Positions 41,201 to 50,200 of a DNA stretch of 58,450 nucleotides are shown here, piece by piece; position 1 is the first letter of the stretch, and each line of letters begins with the position of its first letter. The DNA lies in the NCBI GenBank assembly GCA_937874195.1, contig CALNBM010000038.1:1-58450 (forward strand). The letters are read 5' to 3'. Position numbers and translations under genes: made by a program. Origin of the DNA: an uncultured Clostridia bacterium (GTDB lineage: Bacteria > Bacillota > Clostridia > Christensenellales > UBA1242). Under the pieces are notes generated by a model. It did not search any database. It was not told the DNA's origin and saw only the letters and a program-made list of their open reading frames with translations.

Positions 41201-44200
41201 TGAAATTAAGGAAATAGGGCTGTTTGGAGTTGTGCATGAAGATACGCTTATTAAGAATTTAATTGTTGAAATTGCACCTGCCGATAAACTTATTGACGAA
41301 ACACGGTCGGGTGAAAACTTAGCCACGGTGGATTTGGAGATAATAGTACATTCTTACGAGAATTATAAAATTGGAATTATTGCAGGTGTAAATAATGGTA
41401 CTATCACAAACAGCATGGTACTAAGCAACGCTGATGATTATAGATTCTTTAGAGATGACCTTTTAATAAGTAACGGAAAATTAACTCAACTAGAACTATT
41501 TGCAAGACAAGAAAAATATTTTAGCACAAAAGTGAATAATTCAGCTTATTTGTATAATCTAAATCGCACATCATCAATTATAAAAGTGCGTGCTATAAAT
41601 TCTGTTGGTTCAGGCAATTATAGAATGTCAGGATTTGTGGGGCATAATAATGGTTATATAACAAACAGTGCGGTAGAAAATATCACACTTCAATCGGAAT
41701 ATTATATTTCAGGGTTCGTTTGCGAAAACAGCGGTAGCATTTCATCTAGTTATTTTAAGGGCGGAAATATAGTAAACACTAAGCAAGATACAGTTGGCTT
41801 CACTCAAGATAGAATGGGCACGGCGGGTTTTGTTGTTATTAATAATGCAAATGCTGAAATTAATTATAGCTATGTGCTTGGGCGAGATACTACTAACAAT
41901 GAAAGAGATATTTCCGGACTTTATAATGGTTCAAAAATTGATAAGTTAGTAGGCTATAACTACACACTTAACTCATTAACGCGTGATACTCACAGCGTTA
42001 GAATGTATGGTTCGGTGATTTCTTCTGTTAAGTTTGCAGGCGGATTTATTTATAGAAACGCAGGTTTAGTTACAAATAGTTATGTGAACTCTGTTGTGTT
42101 AGGTGATGAGTGTGGTGGGTTTGTTTATATAAACACCACAAGCGGAATTATTAAAAACACCTATGCGATTGCCACTATTTATAAAGAAGAAACATATTCC
42201 TCTCCTTTCTCTGGTGTTACAACCGATAAAAATAATATGGTTATTTCGCTAGATGCAGGAGTTATTAATAATAGTTATTATTTAAAAATGGAAGTAACCG
42301 ATTATCAGGATATTTATGAAGAACAATATAGACAATGGTTAGTAAGCGGAAACTTCCCAGAAAACGATTTATTCCTTGGAGAGACTTTTGATGGCGACAT
42401 TCATGATATTATAAATCAAGAAAAATACATTGATGTTTTTAGCACAAACACTATGAATAGAACCAGTGCTGCATCATTAACATTTAAAGAATTTGGAGCA
42501 TACACAAGTTTTGCAACATTTTCATTTAACGAAGACCATGAACTTAACGGAGAAAGTGTGGCGACTAGTGTTTGGTTTATTCCACGAGAAAATAATAACA
42601 CAGCAAATAAATCTCAAACAATAGCAAGATATTTCAAACACAATTCATATAAAGCAAATATTCCTCAACTTGTTTCTGCTAATTTAAGAACAACATCTTT
42701 AAGATATTCAAACTTCATTAAACATTTGCCAGAAGATGCAAGTGTTATAACGGTGCTAGATACTTTATTTAATGGTATGAACTATGATGAGGCGTATAAT
42801 ATTCAATACTCACTTGCCAGTTTGCAAGGTTTTGAGCCAAACCTTTATGTTCTGCTACGCTTACTTTATGAGTATCCAAATAGAATTGGCACATATATCC
42901 TTAATGAATACTCATTGCTTACAGGCGACAACTCTTATGTAAATGCTCAAGGTGCAGGCACTATTGAGAAAAAATTAGAGTATGTGTTTGGCCGTTATTC
43001 AATAACAAATAATATAGAGGCATTAAATGCACCAACTGGCAATTCGCATTTTTCACTCTTATCAAATGTACGAAAGGCTGAGCTGAGTCTAGAGATATTA
43101 ATTAATACTATAAACACGATTAACTCAACAAATATAGAAGATGTGTCTTCATTCTATTATAGTTTTATAACAAGAGATAATAACAATGTGGATATAAGTT
43201 ATGGTGGCGGAGTACTTAACCCATATCTAGTAAGCAGTGTGGAAAAGTTTAATGTTTATGCGCTTCAAATTAACACGCAAGGGCAAGAAACGACCTTCAA
43301 TCAAGCAGGAGCATTAAGATTGATTAAAACAATTTCGTATAATAACACAAACGAAATTGCAAGAACTTATAGAACTAATTTTTATGGTGACTTTGAAGGA
43401 AATGGGCTATACATAAACGATTTAAGAATAATTGCCGATAATGATGATTTTGTTACAGAAAACAAAATTGAACATATTGGATTATTTGGTACAATCGGCG
43501 AAAATGCTGACGGCAAACGAGGAAATGTCAGAAACTTAAACATTTTTGTTCAATCACTAAGAGCTGCTGCTGTTAAATATGTGGGTGTGCTTGCAGGCGA
43601 AATTTACAACTCAAGAATAAGTAATATAAATGTTACTTCTAACACTGACGTAACTGTAACAGGATTAAATGTTGTAGGTGGAATTGCAGGCAGGATTTAT
43701 GGCGATAGCACAACTATTGCTAATGTTTCTGCATCAATTTCTGTTCACGCCAGATATTATAACAGTGTAAATAATTTTAGTGCTATCAATCACACCGATT
43801 ATTCACATCTGTTTTATTTATATGATTTATCTAATGTTTCACGAATTTCGTATGCAGGCGGAATTGCAGGTATAATGGAAGCAAGAGGCGTTGAAGACGA
43901 TATAGAAAATGCAAAAATAAACGCTAATGTTCGTGGTAATGAAGTTTATGGAAATATTAGGATTAGTGGAGAAGTTGTTGGTGGACTATATGGTTATTTG
44001 GGTAAAAATTCCATTGTCAGCCATTCTAGATTAATCGCAAATGAAAATACAAGATTAAATGGCAGTGCGATTGCCGGCGGATTAGTGGGACATAGTTTGG
44101 GAATAGTTACAAAAAGTGAAGTGGAAAATAATAACCAAACTGCTATTGATAATGAAATTTATAATCTATTAGAATCTGACACTTATAAAAATATTTCAAC

Positions 44201-47200
44201 TATTAATATAAATATTCCTTCTACGGGTGCAACTTCTTTATATATTGGCAATCCTCATTATATAGGTGGCATTGTTGGGCTATCGCTTGGTAGCATTATT
44301 CAATTTTCAAATAACCGCGTGGATGTATCTAATATTAATGCTAAGTATGCAGGTGGTGTTGTTGGAATATCAATTGGAACATGGCTTAGCAATATATACA
44401 CAACTGCCAGTGCATATTCTTTTACTGCGTATGGTGGTGTTATCGGTTTGCAAACAAGGTTCGATAACAATAATACCAATTTGATTAATAGCGGTAGTTT
44501 TAAATATGCAATTAATAATACGAATTTATATCAACAAATTTCTAAAGTAAATAAAAATTTAATTCAAATGGAAAGTGTGGTTGCTGCAACTATTTGGAAA
44601 ACATCACATAAAGTGCTTAACAGAAGTCTTTATGGAATAGATGCACCGCGTGCACAAATGGGTTCGTTTATAGGTAAAGCATTATCTTATATGGAAAATT
44701 ATGCATATTATCAAACAGATAATAATGGAGATATAATTGCGGGCACTGAGTGGTATGATTTCAAACAAAATACTCTTTCGCAACGAATGAAAAATGAAAG
44801 TATTTTCTTTATGCAAGCGTATCAAGAAAATAATCTTGAATTAATATATGAAATAGGAAATGCAACTTCCAATGCCGTTAATTTGTTACCTATCGATAAA
44901 AAGTTCGTGGAAAATGGGTATCATGAAATTGAAACGGGAACGGGTTTGGTGCCATACTTTATGGTGGTTAACGCAATGCAGTATGTTCACAACAATGTTG
45001 CCTACGCTTATTCTGGCGATATTTCCACCGACATTTATCATTCGAATGATTATAGTGCACAGTTTTATAGATATTCCCGCTTGCAAAATTATGGTTCTCT
45101 TAGAACACTAAAAGAAATATTTGATGGTATTTACACATTAAAAGAAACGGCCGTGAATAATTTAAATATTAGAATATTTGGCCGAGCTTCTGATAGCGAG
45201 TATAAAACAATTACTCAAGAATATGAGCCGGGTGAAGTGTTAGAAAATGTAAGTGGAGCAAAAAATTACTTAACAGGTGACAACAATCCACAGTTTCAAG
45301 AAATTTATAACAACTGGCGCCGAGATACATGGTTTGGTATAACAATGTTCGATGGCAGGCGTGAACTTAGGTCAATTTATTTATTCCCATCTCTTCGAAC
45401 TAAGGTTTATCAAGAAATCATTTATGTTTACACTTTAGAAGATTTAAGGTCTAATTTTGCCGACTTCCCATCTGCCACTTATATTATTATGGCGGATATT
45501 GCTTTAACCACGAGCGATGCTGAAGGTTGGGTGCCACTCGGAAGTGCTGAGTTGCCGTTTAGTGGAACACTTAAAACTTTTGGCAATTATAGGTTATACA
45601 ATATGAGTACACTAACGGCAGGATTTGATAGTTTTGGGTTGTTTGCTTATACATACGGCGCAACATTCTATAATATAAAAATTGACGTGGGTAGAGTTTT
45701 GTCTAATAGCACTTATATGGGAATCTTAGCAGGCAGTGCGACGAAAACATATTTTCAAGGCATTACTGTAACTGGTGATATTTCAATCGCAAATAATATA
45801 GAAACAAATGCCGAGTATTTAGGCGGAGTTGTGGGTAAAGCTACCGACTGTTATTTCGACCAAGTTAAGGTGGAAAATATGAACTTAATCGCAACCCATT
45901 CATCTGTGAAGATGGGAGGTGTAGTAGGGGCAGTTGACGCGAATGAATCTTACGATATGCGTTTAAGCAGAGCGCTTAACGGTATGCGAAACACTTATGT
46001 TCAAAATATGATTATAAATACTAATACAATTGTTACATCCACACCAGCATCACACATTGGTGGGCTAATAGGTAAAATTCAATCAGACAATGATGCCACT
46101 TTTGAACTTTTTCAATCTGCATTTTATGGTGATATCGTTCCTGGCGATATAAGCAATGCACATATAGGCGGAGTGGTTGGTTATGCAGACTATATTAATA
46201 TGCAATATGTAGGAGCTGAGGGTAAGTTAAAAGCAAGTACTATCCAATTTTCTAAACTTGGCGGTATATTTGGTGGGCTTGGAAGAATAGATAACGCGCC
46301 AAGCAGACATATAACAATCGCTTTTGTTATAAATAATTTTGATATTATTATTTCAAGCGGTGCAGAAAATCATGTCGGTGGTTTAATTGGAGTTATGCAG
46401 TCAGGGGCAGCAGATGAAATTCGAAGTAGTTATTCAACTGGAACACTAAGCATACAAGCAATAGCAGGTTATGCGGTCGGTGGGTTAATTGGCAGTATAA
46501 AAGACAGTGATGGTGGTATAACCATTGCAGATGTTTATTCCATGAGCAAAACTTCTCTGTTTCCTAACAAAAACAATCAGGTTGGTGGTATTGTTGGTAA
46601 GGTTTCGGGTGTGGATGCAAGTGCATTTGAAAATGCAATTTATGTTTACGATTTTATGCCAAACAGTAATGATTATGGTAAACCTATTTCATCCTTAGCA
46701 CTTCGAAACGCAGATGCAAATAAGCTTAAAGAATATGGGCTGGTTGGCGAAAGTGTTTGGAAAAAGGAATCCAATGGTTATTATCCTTTATTAAATAATA
46801 ATTTTTTTGGAAACATGCAACGGGAAGGAACAGTACAGAATCCAAGAGTTTCATCCAGTATTTATTTTGGAACTGATGAAAAAGCTATAATTTTTAATGC
46901 AGATTGTGACTTAAGTTCAATAGTGTTAGAAAATAAAACTCTTTATTTAACAGGTAACTACCACTCTACCACAGGATTAGAATTTAAGATTGACAACACA
47001 TCGGCTGTATTTGGTTTAAATATTACAGACAGTAAGATTAACAATAGCGGAATAATTTCAAGAAGTTTATTTTATCAACAAGATTCCCCAATTACCAGTA
47101 ATGGATTTTTGGTTTATTCGCGAGTGGTTTCAAGTGTGGATTTCCTTGCAGAAATAGAAAAACAAGCGTATTTTAGCTATGTTAAAAGAGATGGAATAGT

Positions 47201-50200
47201 TACCTATTATAATAGAAAAAGTGAGCCTATTTCGTTAAGTCCAAATGCAATAGCAAATATTAATGAATTTGTTGAAAAAGATTATGATTTCGAAAATATT
47301 TGGACAGTTATACTTGGAAATAACGACAATGAATTAATTATAAATAACCTACCTATTTTTAGATGGGAAATAGAAAACGAGAGCGAGTGTTATTGGAAAA
47401 ATTCCGAAAACAATCTTTACTTAGATGAATCTACATTAAAAGTTACAATTTCAACGCCTGGAGAGTTAGCGGCATTTGCAAAATACATAAATGCAGGTGG
47501 GAAACTATCAGATAATGCAATAATAACATTAGATCAAGATATTAATTTAACAGGGAAAGAGTGGACGCCTATAGGAACAAGTGATAAACCGTTCACTTAT
47601 AAGTTTAATGGAAATGGATTTACTATTTCACATATTTCTTCCACGCTTAACCAAAATTCAGGATTATTTGGTGTTGTCGGTAATGCAAGTATTGAAAATT
47701 TAACTGTTAAAGACAGTATAATATTAGACGGCTCTTTTAAAAGTAATGCAGGACTAGTTGCCTTAGCAATCGGTAATATTAATTTAACAAATGTTTATTT
47801 AGTAAATAATCAAATTGCAGGTGGAAATGCGGGTGGATTTATTGGTCATAACACGGGAAATGTCACTATTCAAGAAAGTTATAATAACAATAAATTTACT
47901 TATGGCGTTAGCACAGGTGGATTTGTGGGTACCAGTGAAAGCGAAGGAAGTATAAACATTATAAATAGTTATTTGTCTAATGGTGATGTGACAGAAAGTG
48001 AGAAAAATAGAATAAATGTGCTGGGTGCTAAAAACTCAAATATAGTTGGCGTATTAGTGGGAACACTTGCAGGCAAAATGAGTATTAAAACATCATATAA
48101 TTCCACGAATCTTGATAAATTTGTAGGTGATTTTAAAGCAAGCGCAACTATACAAAGTAATTCCAATTTCTATTCAATTGCAAGTCATGATGAAAAGGTT
48201 GTTGCTATCACTACTTATGATTTGCAAGCCGATGCCCTTCCAGGCTTTGACTGGAGCGGAATTTGGAGCAGAAATACTCTTATTAATAATAATTACCCAT
48301 CATTCTTTACTAGATGGTTAAGTTCTATTGCTCTTCCAAATTATTATCAAAATAATGAAGAAATCGATAATAGAGAACACTTTATTCCATCAGAAAGTGT
48401 AACACAAGATGAAAGAGATTTTTATATTAAAATAAACAGCGGAGTTGAAAACATACAAGCACGAACCATTTTAATCTACACTGCTTCACAACTATCTTTT
48501 ATCTCTAAAATGGTTAATATGGGGGGTTATACATTTGAAAATTGGAATATAATGCTTGTGGCAGTTGATAAGTCTGGCAATGCAAACAGCATAAATTTAG
48601 ATGAAAAAAGCTGGTATGCTATTGGATATGATGATATTAATAATCCAAGACCTTTCTCAGGAAATATTTATGGCTGGAATGATACTAATAAAGATAAAGC
48701 TTACATAACCATTGAAAATGCAACAGTAACAAACCCAAATAAGCAGGTAACAAACCCTATTGATTACCTGGGATTATTTGGTTATGTTTTAAATGCAAAT
48801 ATTGGCTATATAAATCTTATCAATGCACATGTGCGTAACATTGAAGGAAATTATGTTGGAAACCTTGTTGGCAAAGCAAAAAACAGCGATATTGATAATA
48901 TTTATGTTGGCGATGTATCAGTCAGAGTGCGAGGAAAAAGTGTTGTTGGCGGGGTTATTGGTTATGCTTTAAACACAAACTTGAGCCACATTGAAAACTA
49001 TTCTTCTGTTATAAGCCAGGGTGAATATGCAGGTGGTGTGGTAGGTTTGTTTGAATCTAGCCGGGCTACTATAACACTTAACAATCTTAAAAACTATGGC
49101 TCTGTTACAGGTTATAATCAATTTATCGGTGGAATATTAGGACAAGTTTATATTAATAACTCTTCTGCCAGTTTATTAGTAGAAAAACTAAGCAACTATG
49201 GAACTATAGATATTATTGAAAAAACATGTAGCAACACCGGAGGAATTGCAGGAATATTTATAGTTGATAATATTAAATCTGTGTTATTTGATAATTTGGT
49301 TTCAATCAAAGATATAAATGGCATAACTAATTTAGGCGGAATAACAGGCGAGTTGATAATAAAAGCATCCGAAAATGTTACCATACAAAATTTAAATAAT
49401 AAAGGCAACATTACGGGTACATCTGAGTATGTTGCAGGCATGATTGGAAGAGTGGAAATAACTACCACTTCCGGAGATATAACAGTCAATGATATAACTC
49501 AAACTGGTTCCGTTAAATCGGCTGATAACTATATAGCAGGTGTGTTTGGTGAGTTGAAAACATTATCTGTAAACACTACCATTGAAAACATTATGTTTTC
49601 CGCAAGTGTAGAAGGAAATAGTTATGTAGGCGGTGTATTTGGCAGACTAGATATTGATTGTACAGAAAAAGCATATATTTTCAACCTATTCAATAATGAT
49701 TCTGTACCACTTCCTACTCCGCAAATAAAAGGCGGAAGATTCATAGGTGGTATTGCCGGGCAAGTAGAAATAAAAAATGCTAATATAGTTGAACTTACTC
49801 GTCTTGAAAATAATTTAAATATTTTGAGCACAGTAAACTTTATTGGTGGTATTTTCGGCCAGTTAACAGTGAACGCTACCGAACAAATTAATATCGATAA
49901 TCTTGTAAATAAAGGCGGAATTAGTGGACATGCTTATACCGGTGGTATTGTAGGCAGAGCAAAAATTATAGTGCAGGATTTCGCAGATAATGAACTGATA
50001 ATAAATTCTTTACATAATAGTGGAGAAATTAGTAGTGATAATAGCTTTGTTGGCGGATTATTTGGATATATTACATCAAGTGATTCATATGAACCATCTG
50101 AACCATTTGTAATTACTGGCTTAAAGCAAATTGCCATTTACAACTCAGTTAACTCAGGTACAATTTCGGGTGGTGATTTTATTGGTGGATTAATTGGTTT